DNA of 64,000 bases from Isurus oxyrinchus. Its lineage: Eukaryota. The stretch is from positions 163,618,001 to 163,682,000 of the forward strand of contig JANJGN010000009.1 of NCBI GenBank assembly GCA_026770705.1. The letters are read 5' to 3'. The position numbers were made by a program, and so were the translations under genes. Of the stretch, positions 11,185 through 24,500 are shown in pieces. Positions within the stretch are counted from its first letter, which is position 1. Each line of letters begins with the position of its first letter. The notes under the pieces are model-generated. The model was not told the DNA's origin. It saw nothing but the letters and a program-made list of their open reading frames with translations, and searched no databases.

Positions 11185-14100
11185 CAGGAGCCTCAGCCTT
11201 TACAATTGTTCTACAGGTCTGAACTTTTCTCAGCTTGTTTGGACAAGAACAGCGGGTGAGCAGGGGGGATGAGCGAACTGACCATGGTACCATGGCACAG
11301 GAAGTCATCCAAGTGGGGGGAGCAAACAGGAATGTAGCGGTAGTGAGGGATAGTATAGTCAGAGGGATTGACACCGTTCTCTGCAGCAAACAGTGTGAGT
11401 CCACACGACCATGTTGCCTGCCCGGTGCCAGGGTGTGGGATGTCGGCTCAGGGCTAGGGAGGAACTTGCATTGGGAGGGGTAGCACCCAGTCATCGTGGT
11501 CCATGTAAGCACCAACGCTATAGGCAGCACAGAGAAGGAGATTCTGCACAATCAGTGTGAGGAACGAGGCACCAGATTAAGAAGCAGAACCACAAAGGTC
11601 ATAACCGATGGATTATTACCTGAGCCATGTGCAAATTGCCACAGGACAAATCAGACTCAGGAGGTGAATGTGCCTCAAAGGCTGGTGTGGAAGAAGTGGG
11701 TTCTGGTTTGTAGGGCACAACAACCAGTACTGGGGAAAGTGGGATCTGTACCATTGGGATGGTCTACACCTGAACCGTGCTGGGACCAGTGTTCTTGCAA
11801 GCCACATAACTAGGGAAATAGAGAGGGTTTTAAACTAAATAGTGGACAACAGATCATATTCGGGATAATGTTGTAATTCAAGGAGCAGAAACAAGTCAAA
11901 AGATAAAGGTATTATTAGGAAAAATGAAAAACAGACACTGACAAAGGGGGATAGAGAGAACAAATCTAACAGTAAATCAACAGATGAAACTACAAGTTAT
12001 AAAAAGCATAAAAGGATAAATCTAAAAGCTCTGTATCTGAATGCACGTAGCATTCAAAACAAAACAGATGAACTGAGAGCGCACATAGAAATCAATAATT
12101 ACAATTTGATAGCCATTACGGAGACATGGCTGCAGGAGGACATGGATTGGGATGTGAATATTGAAGTGTACAGGGTACTTAGGAAAGACAGGAAGCGAGG
12201 AAAAGGTGTAGCGGTGGCTCTGTTAGTGAATGATGGTATTAGTACAAGAGAGGAAGAAATAATTGGAGCTTGTCAGAAAGTCATGGTGATAATCATGAGG
12301 GACTTTAATTTACACATAGACTGGAAAAGTCAGATGGCCAAAGATAGCCTTGCTGAGGAGTACATCGAATGTTTTCAAGATAGTTTCTGAGAACGGCATG
12401 TTCTGGATTCAACCAGACAGCAGGCTATACTAGACCTGCTATTGTGCAATGAGATGGGAGGAATTAACGATCTCACCATGAAGATACCCCTAGGAAATAG
12501 TGACCATAATAGGATGAATTTTACATTCAGTTTGAGGGAGAGAGGAGTGGGTCTGAGTCTAAGGCGGGGATTTTTGGGCCCTGCTGCTGGTGGGACTCGC
12601 TGTGGGGGAGGCAGTTCCCCAGCCAGAAGCCCCACTGACTTGCGACAGGACAGGAAGGGCCGGCGAGCGGGTGTGGAAAATCCCACTGTAAGTTTTTAAA
12701 CTTTAATAAGGGCAATTATAAGGACATGAAAGCTGGGATGGCTAAAGTGAATTGGCAAAATAGGTTAAGGGACAGGTCAATCGAGATGCAATGGCTCATA
12801 TTTGAGGGGATATTTCAGAATGCACATTCCAACGAGTAAGAAAAAGTCTAAGTGACGGACACACCATCCGTGGTTAACTTGAATGTTTAAACATAGTATC
12901 AAAATCAAAGGAAAAGCTTATAATTCTGCAAAGAGAGGTGGCAGGTCAGAAGATTGGACAGAATAAAAGGAACAGCAAAGAATGACTAAAAGACTAATAA
13001 GAAGGGAAAATTTAGTTTATGAGAGAAAGGTAGCCAGGAATATAACAACAGATAGGAAGAGTTTTTATAAGTACGTAAAAAAGAAAAGAGTGAACAAAGT
13101 GTGTGCTGGTCCTATAGAAGGTGAGCCTGGAGAATTGATAATGGAAAACAAGGAGATGGCAGATGAATTGAACAGGCATTTTGCACTAGTCATATTGAAA
13201 ATGTTAGAAGCTATTATTAAAGAAATTATAGCAGGACACTTGGATAAGGTCATGGTCATCAGGCAGAATCAACATGGTTTTGTGAAAGGGAAATCTGTTC
13301 AACCAGTTTTTTGGAGTTCTTTGAGGAAGTAACATGTGCGGTGGAGAAAGGGGATCTGGTGGATGTACTGTACTGAGGTTTCTAGAAGGCGTTTCATAAG
13401 TTATTGTGGAAAATAAAAGCTCATGGTATAGGGGGTCACATACTGGTATGGATAGAAAATTGTCTGGCTAACAAGAAACAGAGAGTAGGCATGAATGAGT
13501 CTTTTTTAGTTTGGCAAGATATAAGAGTGTTGTGGCACAGGGATCATTGCTGGGACCTCAACAGTTTGCACTTAATATCAACGACTTGGATGAAGGGTTT
13601 GAAGGGATGGTTTCTGAATTTGCTGATGACACAAAGATAGGTAGAAAGTAAGTTGTGAGGGGGACATAAGGAGGCTACAAAAAGATATAGATAGGTTTAG
13701 ACAGTGGGCACTGATCTGGAAAATGGAGTATAATGTGGGAAAATGTAAAATTGTCCATTTTGGCAGGAAGAGTAAAAGAGAAGCATGTTATCTTAATGGT
13801 GAGAGATTGCAGAGCTCTGAGGTGCAGAGGGATCTGGCTGTCCTTGTGCATGAATCACAAAAGGTTAGTATGGAGATACCGCAAGTAATTAGGAAAGCTG
13901 ATAGAATGATTTCATTTATTGTAAGGGAGATTGAATTCAAAAGTAGGGAAGTTATTCTTCATCTGCATAGGGCACGAGTGAGACTACATTTGGAGGACTC
14001 TGTACAGTATTGGTCACAATATTTAAGGAAGGATGAAATGCATTGGAAGAAGCTCAGAGAAAGTTTACCAGGCTAATACCAGGAATGGGTGGATTGTCTA

Positions 14101-14365
14101 ATGAGGAAAAGTTGGACAGACTAGGCTTCTATCTGCTGGAGTTTAGAAGAGTAAGAGGCGAATTGATTGAAACATATAAGTTCCTGAGGAGACTTGACAG
14201 GGTGAGTGCAGAGAGGATGTTTCCTCTTGTGGGAAAATGAGGGGTCACCAATTTAGAACAGAGATTAGGTGATTTTTTTGAACTCAGAGGCTCGTGAGTC
14301 TTTGGAAATCTCTTCCTGAAAAGGTGGTGAAGGGGAGGCTTCGATTATTTTTAAGGTAGAGGTGG
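11185..14365 (+). mobile_element. Decayed CR1-clade LINE (ORF1 SGNH esterase, ORF2 APE endonuclease and RT, 3' tail), 5' end deleted
   Basis: ORF1 motifs VVRDSIVRG, CCLPGAR, VVHVSTN and DGLHLN. ORF2 motifs YLNARSI, IAITETWL, NQHGFVKG, FADDTK and QRKFTRLIPG. Many stops, frameshifts and deletions. Confidence 0.9.
12563..12688. mobile_element. 126-bp Harbinger/Tourist-type MITE inserted in the CR1 (also at 41486-41611)
   Basis: Imperfect TIRs (GGCGGGGATTTT...AAAATCCCACTG) flanked by TAA on both sides, interrupting the CR1 sequence. Confidence 0.65.
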
Positions 14366-14508
14366 AGTGCTACAAATCAGCAGTAACTTGTGGCAATTCA
14401 CGATTCATTGGCTTTTTTCTTCATCGTCAAAAGTTGCTGATGATTTTCACATTAAAAGAGGTGTTTGTTGTTCATACCCCATTATATTTTCAGTAAGTTC
14501 TAGCCCAT

Positions 14509-15110
14509 TGTTATAGAGTTGATTTTCCAGGCAACTTTTCTGGGTGGAAACATTGAACTTTATTTACAAGACAGCTGCAGCAGCTACATGTGTGTATCTA
14601 ACTCTATAACTAAAGGACAACTCCCCGTGGAGGTTCCCCATGCTGCAAATTGGTTGGTTTACACAGATCATGTTCTCTTACAACAAAGGATTATTCTTAA
14701 TGTTACAGTCCTACCTTGATCAAAACTATAATTATTACATTCCTCACCCTTTACCTTTTCTGTACATTTGTATTTACAAGGATGTTGATCTCATGACATT
14801 AAAATACTTCCACAGGTCATGAAATTATAAGCTTGGTCTTTCAAGTGGTTCCCTGTGGAACGTTTTAGTTTCATGACCTCAGATTCTCTGACAGGAACCA
14901 CAGTCTCTGCAATAACATGAGGTACCTCCTTAGGCACAGGCAGATCAGTGTCGTCCACTCCGACAGAGACATCGGGCATGACTATCCTTGGCTGTACAAT
15001 GTTAACAGGAACCACAGGTTCAACAATGGCTACAGGTGGAAAATTATTTTGTGGGGTATCTCCATTCTTTTTAAATCAATCAGGAGCTTACCGGTGATCT
15101 ACAAAGATTA
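14509..15110 (-). mobile_element. Gypsy-type LTR retrotransposon 3' remnant (pol tail, PPT, 231-bp LTR at 14509-14739)
   Basis: On the minus strand, a ...VMKLKRST pol-tail-like ORF is followed by purine tract AAAGGTAAAGGGTGAGGAA directly abutting TGTAAT...TATAACA, with an internal AATAAA. Confidence 0.7.
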
Positions 15111-15413
15111 GTAAATAAAACCAAAATATTAAGAAATCTCTGTATTCAATTTGACAACTAAATTTCAGAAATGAAAAAAATACCTCTGTTCCTGTGGGGT
15201 TTGTGGAAATTGGGACGGGGTTCCTGTTCTAACTCACCTCACAATTCATTATAAATACTAGTTCAGCTCATCATTATCCACATGTTCTAACTTTTTAACA
15301 TTCTTGTTTTCAGGATTTTATATCCTTTCAATGAAAATTAGTTTAGTTCTTTTGTTAAATATAACTGACAGAAATTCAAGTTCTCAGGGGTCAGATTTCA
15401 TCAGATGCCTTAA

Positions 15414-15456
15414 TGTGGTTTCATGACCTGGCTTCCTGCTATCTTCTTCCTCATTT
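15414..15456 (+). promoter_or_regulatory. Putative proximal promoter module of copy 1: RUNX plus ETS/PU.1 motifs
   Basis: TGTGGTTT (15414), CTTCCTG (15432) and CTTCCTCATTT (15446-15456, reverse AAATGAGGAAG) lie 100-145 nt upstream of the ATG. Motif match only. Confidence 0.45.
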
Positions 15457-15556
15457 AAATTCCTTGTATCATTTATATTAGACACATATTTCGATGTGAG
15501 AAACAAGAGCTGAGTGTCTGGAAACAAGTTCTGCCCTGATCTTTGTGAACAAAACG

Positions 15557-15593
15557 ATGTGGATTTTGATTCTCCTCATTAGTTCTCTGCCCG
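15557..15593 (+). CDS. Copy 1 exon 1, signal peptide (MWILILLISSLP)
   Basis: ATG, hydrophobic leader and phase-1 donor G|GTGAGT. This is the usual split-leader layout of IgSF genes. Confidence 0.85.
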
Positions 15594-18500
15594 GTGAGTG
15601 ACAGCCAGAGCTGGATGTTCCGATATTCTGAGTTGGTTTAACTCTCGTGCGCTGGTTATACAGGAGATGTTTAAATATTTGGAGACATGCAAAGGCACAA
15701 GAGAGGTCTTGGGCACAGTGGGTAGTGTCTCTGTACCTGAGCCAGAAGCTCTGTGTTTGAGTCCCACTTCTGTTCTTGTTGAGAATGGAAGGCGCGTTCT
15801 AACCAGGACCAACAGATTGATTATCAACCTGAAAATCTACCAACAGACCGAAGGCTGGTGGTAAGAGGGTTTGAGATCCGAGTCCAACATGATTGATGTG
15901 GAGTGGTGCCGCTCATTCTGTTGTCTCCGGAGGTTAGTGACCTGTTCCAGGGAAAACAAGCTTTGGAAAGCAAAAGTAAACATGTGCTTTGACTGCCGCA
16001 TCCGTCTCTAGATGTGGGAAGTCTCCTAAGTCTAAAGGCACAAAATAGTCAGCAAAACCAAATGAGTAATAATTGTGAAGTATTTTATTACCCTGTGAAT
16101 TAACTATCACAACATGGGAATAGTTAACAAATAAACTGAACTGCATTATTAATTATGAATGATAAATAAAGGAGAATTAAATTTTCAGAAAGCTATGCAA
16201 GCAACATTTTGAAAATGAAAACCTTTTTTAATTGGTAATTTTCAATATAATCTGATGTCCAGTATAGACTGAAGACTGCAGCGGTAATAATCCCACAAAT
16301 AAAACATGTCCCAAGTTGGCGAATATTTCTGTTTTTGAAAGTACAGTTGATGAAATATTGTGTTATGAGGCTCTCTCAGTGACACTGTTCCTCACTGGTA
16401 GATGGTTGGTCTACATCACTCTTCTCATAAGTAGCCTTTTCTTGTTCATTCTTTAACTTTAAGAAACTAGATTTTGCTCATCACTCAGTATTGCCACCTC
16501 TCCATCATTTCGATGAATCTATTTTATAACACACAATGTTAAACTCCCAGCCCCATCTGCTCTTAACCACCTCCCCAAAATAGTTTGTGCCTCTAGCTGA
16601 TCAATTTTATGCAGAATACTTGATGTACTTATGGACAGGAAACTGAATCATGTTTCTGTCTGTTTGGCAATCTTCTTCTTTTCAATCCTTCCTCTTTCTG
16701 ATCTGATCTCTTTCCCATTCCCTTTACATCTGTAACTTTCCCTGTATCTTTTTCCTTTCCTTCATTTCTCTCTAGCCATTTAATTATTTTCAATCTCTCT
16801 TTTGTTATTTTAGTGCAAACTCTTTCCCCACAGCATGAGTTTCTCTCCCAGCAAGGCCATTGGTCTCATGAACGTTCAAGTCAAGGCATCCAAATCCCTA
16901 CCTCAGGAATCCATCCATACTGTAAGGCCACCTATCACACAACCTCGCAAACTTTCAAGACCTTCAAATCCTACCTTTGGACATCCCTAACTCATTCAAG
17001 ATCTGAACAACCCCTCCTGCAAGGACACAACCCTACCCCGCACCCCACCCACCTCAGATCAGAGCAGGGAACTGTCGGCTCCTGTGACCACCTCCACACT
17101 GCTCCCCAGCCGACTGCAAATCAGGCCTGTCAATCAGACTGGTTTCTGGCTGTGGAACCTCCTGATGATGTCATACGCAGTCTAGGGTGAAACCCCAAAA
17201 TATGAGGCAGAACCCCAATTTCCAGGTTCCCTCACTCTACTAGCCCCTGCCAATATGTCAAGAAAATGTCCCAATTATCTCACGAGTATATCATTGTCTG
17301 AGACGTGCTTTGGAACCACAGTGAGGCTCTGATAAGTGTCTATATGAATGATTACTCTCATCACAAACTGGATGGAATTTAACTCATTAAAATGCATCTG
17401 TTTGAATTAAGCAGTTATTTCCTGTTCAATTCCTGAAATGTTGTCTCCTCAGTTTCAGGTGCATTGTGGGCAAAAGACAGAGTAACAGGAGTTGTGGGAA
17501 GAGCGATCACAATAGAATGTCACTATGATGCACAGTGGTACAAGTCACATATAAAATATTGGTGTCGCGGCTGGACTCGCCAGTGTAATGTTGTAGCATC
17601 GACAAATTGGCGAAATGGAAGAATATCGGTCACAGATAACAAGTCACAAGGATTATTTATTGTTACTATGGAGGATCTTCACTCAGGAGATACAGGATGG
17701 TACAGCTGTGCTATTGAAGTAACTGGCCACGATCCAATGTTTAATGTAAAGCTACAAATATCTTACGGTACATTTCTTACTGATTTTCTTTATTACTCTC
17801 GACTGAAATGTCTGCTCAATGTTTTATCTGGGAGGAAACATGACAGCTCCGATATCCCGAGGCTCCACAGCAATGCAGAGACTTAAAGGTAAAGGGCAGT
17901 GGTCGGGAAATCCGACTCATGTTACCCAAACCCAATTCATGGCCTGTCCAACATGTCAGAGTTGAACTTTACAAGTGAACTAAACGGAAATTGAGAAGTT
18001 GTTTTGATGGTAAAAGAAGCCTCTTTATTAATTGTTGAGACATTGGGCTGGATATTCAGCCTCAAAGCGGGTAGGGGCAATTCGGAAAATTCCCCGCTCG
18101 GCCTTGGAAGAAAGTGCCCACAAAGGTGGGATTTCCATTGCTGGGAGCTGTGCCCGGGCTGCAGTCTGGCCAGCCACACCAGGAAGAAATGCAGAGGCAG
18201 CCACAGGGGCTGCCGGCTGCGGAGACGGGCTGTTTAAAAGGCCCCTCCTTAATGCCCTTGGACTTTGTAACAGCTAAACTCAAAACACAAAGGCCCTTCA
18301 CCCCTCACCCCTCACAGCCCACAAAGGGGGTGGATGTGAGGGGAAAATTTGTCATGAGGGGGCTTGGAGGTGGGTGGAAGTGTACAGCTTGAAGTCAGGA
18401 GCATGAGGGGGTATAAGGCGTGGGTATAGGGATAGAGGGGGAACGAAGGGCCAAGCGGGTTGGATGGGGGTGTGACTTGACATAGCGGGCATGAGATGCA

Positions 18501-21500
18501 CCTTTTGAACTTAGCTGTTAAAAGATCCCCTCATGCAGACCAGTGTTTACAGCTCCTCTGAGGATCTTTGGACTACGACTCAATCAAAACCTGGCCCGAG
18601 TCCATGAAAATTGCAGAGGAGTGGGACGTCACTTTGGTCTGAAGGCTGCACAAAGCACAGGGTAGAGGCCCTGGACTAAGACACCTGCCTTTATCTTGTA
18701 CAGAAAGTGTTCACATGTGAGTGACATGAACATTGCTCATCAAAACAAGGAGCGATAGGCAGGGAGACATTCTTTGGAGTTTATTGACAATAATGAACAG
18801 TATGTACAAGTGATTAACACCCGTGCCCAGGACGTGAAACTACTTCTCCTCAACCACGCGGTGTCTGGCAGCACTGTTGAGACCTTCTGTGCTCAGTGGG
18901 TGACCACGGGGGTTGGGGTCCTTTATCCAGCCTCTTAATCACATTTTGGTTTGATGTTGTAAGTGTCCTTTAAATCATGTCTTTGGTTTTGCAGTGACCC
19001 TAACTTAGGGGCTGCGTTTTATATTATCCCTCATTTTGTTAATTTAGTTTATTGGGTTGGCTTTAAAAGAGCTACATCTTCTCAACTTTCCTAATCCTCC
19101 CGCTACATCTTGGTGCTCCGCAGACATCCACAGTGGAGGTAAAGACAGTCTGCTGACTGCTATGCTCTGTCTGTGATAACTTTGGCGGGCATCCTCTGGA
19201 GGCCTGAGGCCTGTAGGGCCCCGGCTTCCTTTCGAGGTCCTACTGTGTGGCATTAGCACCCTCCTTGTCCTGTGGACTGGGAGCTGTCCAGGTCACAGTA
19301 AGAGGGGAGTTACCAGGATGAATGGCCCCGGAGGGTACACATGTTGATCCTTCTCGCTATGGGTACCCAATGGCCATTGGCTGAATCCTTGAGGAGCAGG
19401 TGTAGCTGGAGTGAGATCGAGCTGCCTGCACCCCTCTCGCATACACACTGTCAGGGGCCAACTATACATCAGCAATGGAGTTCAGCCCTGCAGCAGTGTA
19501 GGAACGATGCCCTGGACCAACGTCTCCATGGCAGCTGCCATCCTACCAGTGTTGACCTCGGTGCAGTGACATGCCGGCGCTATCACCTCAGAGTGCAGGC
19601 GGACGGACTCCTCCATTGTGCCTTGCAATCTGAGGGGTGCAGCAGATATCCCTTCCTGATGTTCCCGCGTTGGCCTTTCCAGCTCCAGCAACTGTGACAT
19701 GACCAAATCCAGAAACGCGTCACCTGACTCGAACTCAGCAAATTTATGGCCTCCAGCTGCCCACTGAGTGCCGGACACCTGGGAAGCCCCTGCCGCTGCC
19801 AGCTGTGGATCAGGCAGTGCAATTTGCTCACCAGCTGTGACCCTGAGTCTACTCTAAAGCTAGATCTCACCGAGGGGTGTGCCTCTGCACTGGTGGAGGG
19901 TGTGGGTGAGGGGAGTGACGGTACATCAAGGAGGGTCCCTCCAGGTTCCTCTTCAGAGATTTCTTTGGGGATTACTTGGTGTCCCTGGTTCTCCATCGGC
20001 TGTTTCCCAGATGTGCGTGTGGAAGCAAGTGGAAATATTTTGTGCATGGCAGTGGCCTGTGAAACAGGACACATCACTCACAGCATGGTTGTCTGATGGA
20101 TGTTGCACTGCTGGACCCTCACTTGGCTGAGCACCGCAGACCTCACCGTCAGAACAGGATTGGTCCAGGCCGTTGCCGGCCAGCTGGATGGCTCTGTTTA
20201 CAAAGTACTAGTACTGTTCGGGAACATGATGTTCATATTTTCATACATGTCGCTGAATTTGTCAGTCACATTTATGCCTCTATTATCAACCAAAGAGCGG
20301 GATTGTCCCCGATTTGCACTAAGTGCGTTAGTGGGCGGGGGAATCGATGTTTTACACACCGGCCACAATGGGGGGTTTTCAGGCCGCATCGTCCCAAACC
20401 CAACGCATTAGTTATGCATTCCCGGGAAACATACCATTTCCATGGTGAGTGGGATCTCATTCACCCCAAACACCATCATTTCACTGCTTCATCAGGCCCA
20501 GCACCATATGTAAAGTCCAGCCTCGTGCACACATCTCAGTGTTTCCAACCCAGGACCACTGCAGGGAAGATATCCCCAAGAGGCAAAAAGACTGTAGCTC
20601 CCAGGTTTAGTGAGCTGTCACTGCAACACATTGTGTACACTGTGGGGGCCCTGCTGTGATGTCCTCTACTCCCACTCTGGCTGCAGTATGGACAGCGCTG
20701 TGACCAACCAGGCCTGGGAGGCGGGGGCAGCAGTGGTATACCCACTGAATGTTATTAAGTTAACCCTCACTGTCAGATAATGTAAACAGTATGAAAAGTG
20801 TGGATGAGAAACCCTTAGAAACTTCCTTGCTGGATGGAAACAAATGCTGGAGAGAATGGAAATTTCTAAATGAAATGAGTGGATGCCTGATTGTTTTAGA
20901 GAATGAAATGCAGGTACAACAAATTTTTTAGGGATCTGAGGAGAGGGCTATCTTGCAATATGATGAAGTATAGAATATTGAGATTCTTAATTCAATTTGT
21001 TTCACACTTTTTGGTCACCATATTAACTGAAAATTTTATTTAAATGAGAGAAGGTCATCATCTAATCGTTTATTAATTGTGTTTAATTGTATGCAGTGGT
21101 GGCATTAATTGGTGATTCACTTGTGCACCTATAAACAGATGCAGACTGAAACTGCGGGTGGTGGATTTGATTAGATTCACACAGTAAACAGCACTTTAAA
21201 ACAGTTCCACAAGTCTTAACCTATCTAACCTCAGAGCTAATCTTTCTCTTTTCCGTTCAGCAACTAACACTGTAGATTTAAAAAGCTATAGAAGTGCAAT
21301 AATTTTACCACACAGTGCTTTCACATTGGGGTGTCCACTGACAGAAACTGGGTCTTCAGGTCTGGGCCTTGTTCACACTGTCTCCTGGGAATTCTGACCA
21401 GCTACCCTGCTGTCTTCAGGGAGATCTGGCCAACCATCCTGCTGTGTTCTGGGAGATCTAAGCAGCTACCCCCTCACATAGGCTTCAGTATTCCCTTAAA

Positions 21501-24500
21501 TGTGTTTCTTCTCTTTCATCTCTCTTTGTAGTACCCAGTCTGTTCAGAAATGCTTTTATCCCAGGATTGATTAAATCAATCTTTACTTTAATTCTTAGAC
21601 TTGTAAAAACAAACGTACCCTATCTTTATGTCACTTCATGACACCTTTTTACAACCTGCATATATCCCCCTTTGAACTAAAACAAATTAATTCAAACTAT
21701 TCCTGTTATTGCTTCATGTACAAATCTGTTGAAGTTCTTTTTTGTTCATTAACATATCAAAACCACTTCTTACTGTTGACTTTTGACCCTATCCACTGAT
21801 GAGGCAGTCCACGTCATGGAACCATAACCTTAAATCTGGAGATAGGCTCGTCAGGGATGTCAGGAAGCACTTCTTCACGCAAAGTATAGTGGAAATCAGG
21901 AACACTCTCCTCAAAAAAGCTCTTTAGTTCAATTGAAAATTTCAAAACTGATTGACAGATTTTATCTGGTAGCAATATTCGGGTTATGGGACCCAGGTAG
22001 GTAAATGGACAGAAGATACTGGTCAGTTGGGATTTAATTGAATTGTGGAACAGGCTGAAGGGGCTGCATGTCCGAATCCCTTTTCCATGTTCTGGAGCCC
22101 CAGTTAATTTTTCAGTGGTCTGGGCCTTGTGAGTAACAATGTGCTGTGAAACAAGCTCACAAACAGTTAGCATTTCAAAGAGACACTTTCCAATCACCAG
22201 GCAAACTGTGACCTGTGTTGTTTCAGAGTACAGTTTGTGACAGTGAAAGCAGTGAAGGCCTGCCAAACCTCACTAAAAATGTTGGTGAAAGTGTCACTTT
22301 TCTCTGGCTAATCCCTTGACCAAAGAGGGAATTTTAATTTCCCTCCCCCATCCTGCATCGGGTTGAAGCATGATGGGATTTGCTGGATCCAGAACCTTCT
22401 CCAGCACAGCTTGTGATCCAGGAGACACACGAAAGCTTCACCCCCACCCCCAGGCAAATGTTTTATACAATTTCTCCCTCCCCATGATTGGCCAATCCTG
22501 CCCCAAGCAGCAAAGTCACCCTGACTCCCTCCTCGCTGCTGTGCTCCGAGGACAAATTCCCACCAATTTCTCCCATGTCCAGTTCCCAAACCCAAATTTA
22601 ACATCCACCCCATAGAGTGGTAGATGTGTTGGTGAGATTCCAACATGGCAGAGCCTGGCTGAGATGAAGTGCAAAGTTTGAAGACTATTTGATTATTAAA
22701 TGTTCAGTATCTGAATGTTTCTTTCTTTCCAACAGAACCCGTGTCTGTTCCTGTGCTTAGATTTTCATCACCGCTAAATGTCTCATGTTCTGGGGGTTCA
22801 GTGTCCGTCTCCTGTGAGTCTGTCCAGGGATCCCTTCCCATTCAGTACACATGGTATGAGAAGACCCTGCCTGAAGATTCAAAGATCTCTGACACCAATA
22901 AACTGGATCTACATTGTCAATCCTTCAAACAGCAACATCATCAATATTACTGCACAGCCTCAAATAATCAGGGAGAAAAATCCAGTGACACTGTCACTGT
23001 TAACTTAACACTCATGAATGTAACAACGAAAAGCTGCAGTTATGTGATACAAATTGGAAACATTGGTAAGTGTTACTTTCTACAAACAATGTGGCGAATG
23101 AATGTCTTAAATTCATGTCTATCGAAACTGGTCACTGTTTCAGTTCCTTCAGTCAATCTGAGAAATTGCAACTGGCCAAATTCACTCTCTCTGGTTCCTC
23201 AAACATTCTGAACAAGGTCACTAAGTTGCATTTTTCATGAAAAATGGACAGGATCAGAAAATATCCCCAAAACATGCAAAAATATTGCAGAATCTCCAAC
23301 AAACCCATCGAATCAAAATAGCATTTGATTGACAGAGCTTTCATAAAGCAATTTGTCTATTTCCAGCAGATGGTATTGTGAAATGCAACCTCCAACTGTT
23401 GTGTCCTAGTTTGGGAAGGATATCACTGATAGAATAGAGAAGAATTGAATTAAAATGAACCCTTGGATGAGAGGTTTTAGTCATGAGGAAAGTATCATCA
23501 CAACTGAGGTGAATGACCAGCTGGAGGACGTGGAAATTGTTAGAAATTTGGATAAGGTAACTCTAACTATTTCCACTAGTCAGTGAGTCAGCAACAAGAG
23601 AGCATTAACTTTAAAATTATCACTAAAAGGACAAAGGGAGAAATTTGGAGAATTTTATTGATGCAAACTGTTTTTAGGACATGGAATGCCCAACTGAAAT
23701 AAGTTTACAAACAAATTTAATAATAGATTTTAAAAGGGAAACAAATGTATGAGGGTGTGGGAAAAGGACAATGAAATGGAATTAAATGAGGAGATCATTC
23801 AGAGAACCAGCATTGGAGCGATGGGCTGAATTCCCTCCCCTGTGTTGTAAAAATTCCATCATTCCGGTCAATATCTCAAATTATCCTGTATAAAAAATTT
23901 GTTCCCTCCCCATAAAACAATGACCCTGGTTCTGACATAAGGAGGGCTTTAGCCTATTTGAATGTAGCGGTTCAATTTTCTGCAGAGTGGGTGCAGCATG
24001 TTCACCGAGAAACACCAACATGGGCACAAAACAAAGAGAATCACATTTTCACCTGAGCAGCAGGAGACAGGAATTTACATATGCAAATATATTGACTCTG
24101 GTCATGTGGTCTCTTGCCTCAGTTGTCAGGGAAGAAGGGTGGAATTTTACACCCCCATTGCGCCAGGGACTGGGCTGTAAAATGCAGCCAGCCATTCTAA
24201 ACTCCATGCACTCCAGCAGGACCATAAAATCCCACTGTCACAAGGCTCTGAGCAAAGGCTGTCAGCAGCAGGTAGAAATTACCCCTGTAAACTGTGTTTG
24301 TACTGGAGTTGTCAGCAGGGACTCAGTTCCACTCTGACCTTTGATGCCAGTCTTTTGTAGTTACAAGTTCCCCTTAAGAATTAAAATTCAGGCTGATACC
24401 ACTGTCCAGCACTGAGGTAGTGCTATACTGGTGGTGGTGCTGCTGTGTAGATGAGGTGTTAAACTGAGGATCCACATCCCCCTTAGGTAGATGTAAACAT

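Noticed and set aside
11235-14240. CR1 ORF pieces as functional esterase or RT genes
   Set aside because: Multiple stops, frameshifts, internal deletions and a MITE insertion.
15700-15780. tRNA-like A/B box sequence in intron 1
   Set aside because: No complete cloverleaf. It is most likely a decayed SINE head.
17453-17800. V exon as a rearranging Ig/TCR/IgNAR V segment
   Set aside because: The exon includes its own G strand and ends at a splice donor. No CACAGTG heptamer/nonamer RSS follows it, and the cysteine pattern is CD300/pIgR-type.
17464-17886. ORF-track boundaries (also 22741-23211, 26844-27038 and the unit B equivalents) as whole single-exon genes
   Set aside because: They start at non-ATG codons and run into introns. 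Splice signals define the real exons.
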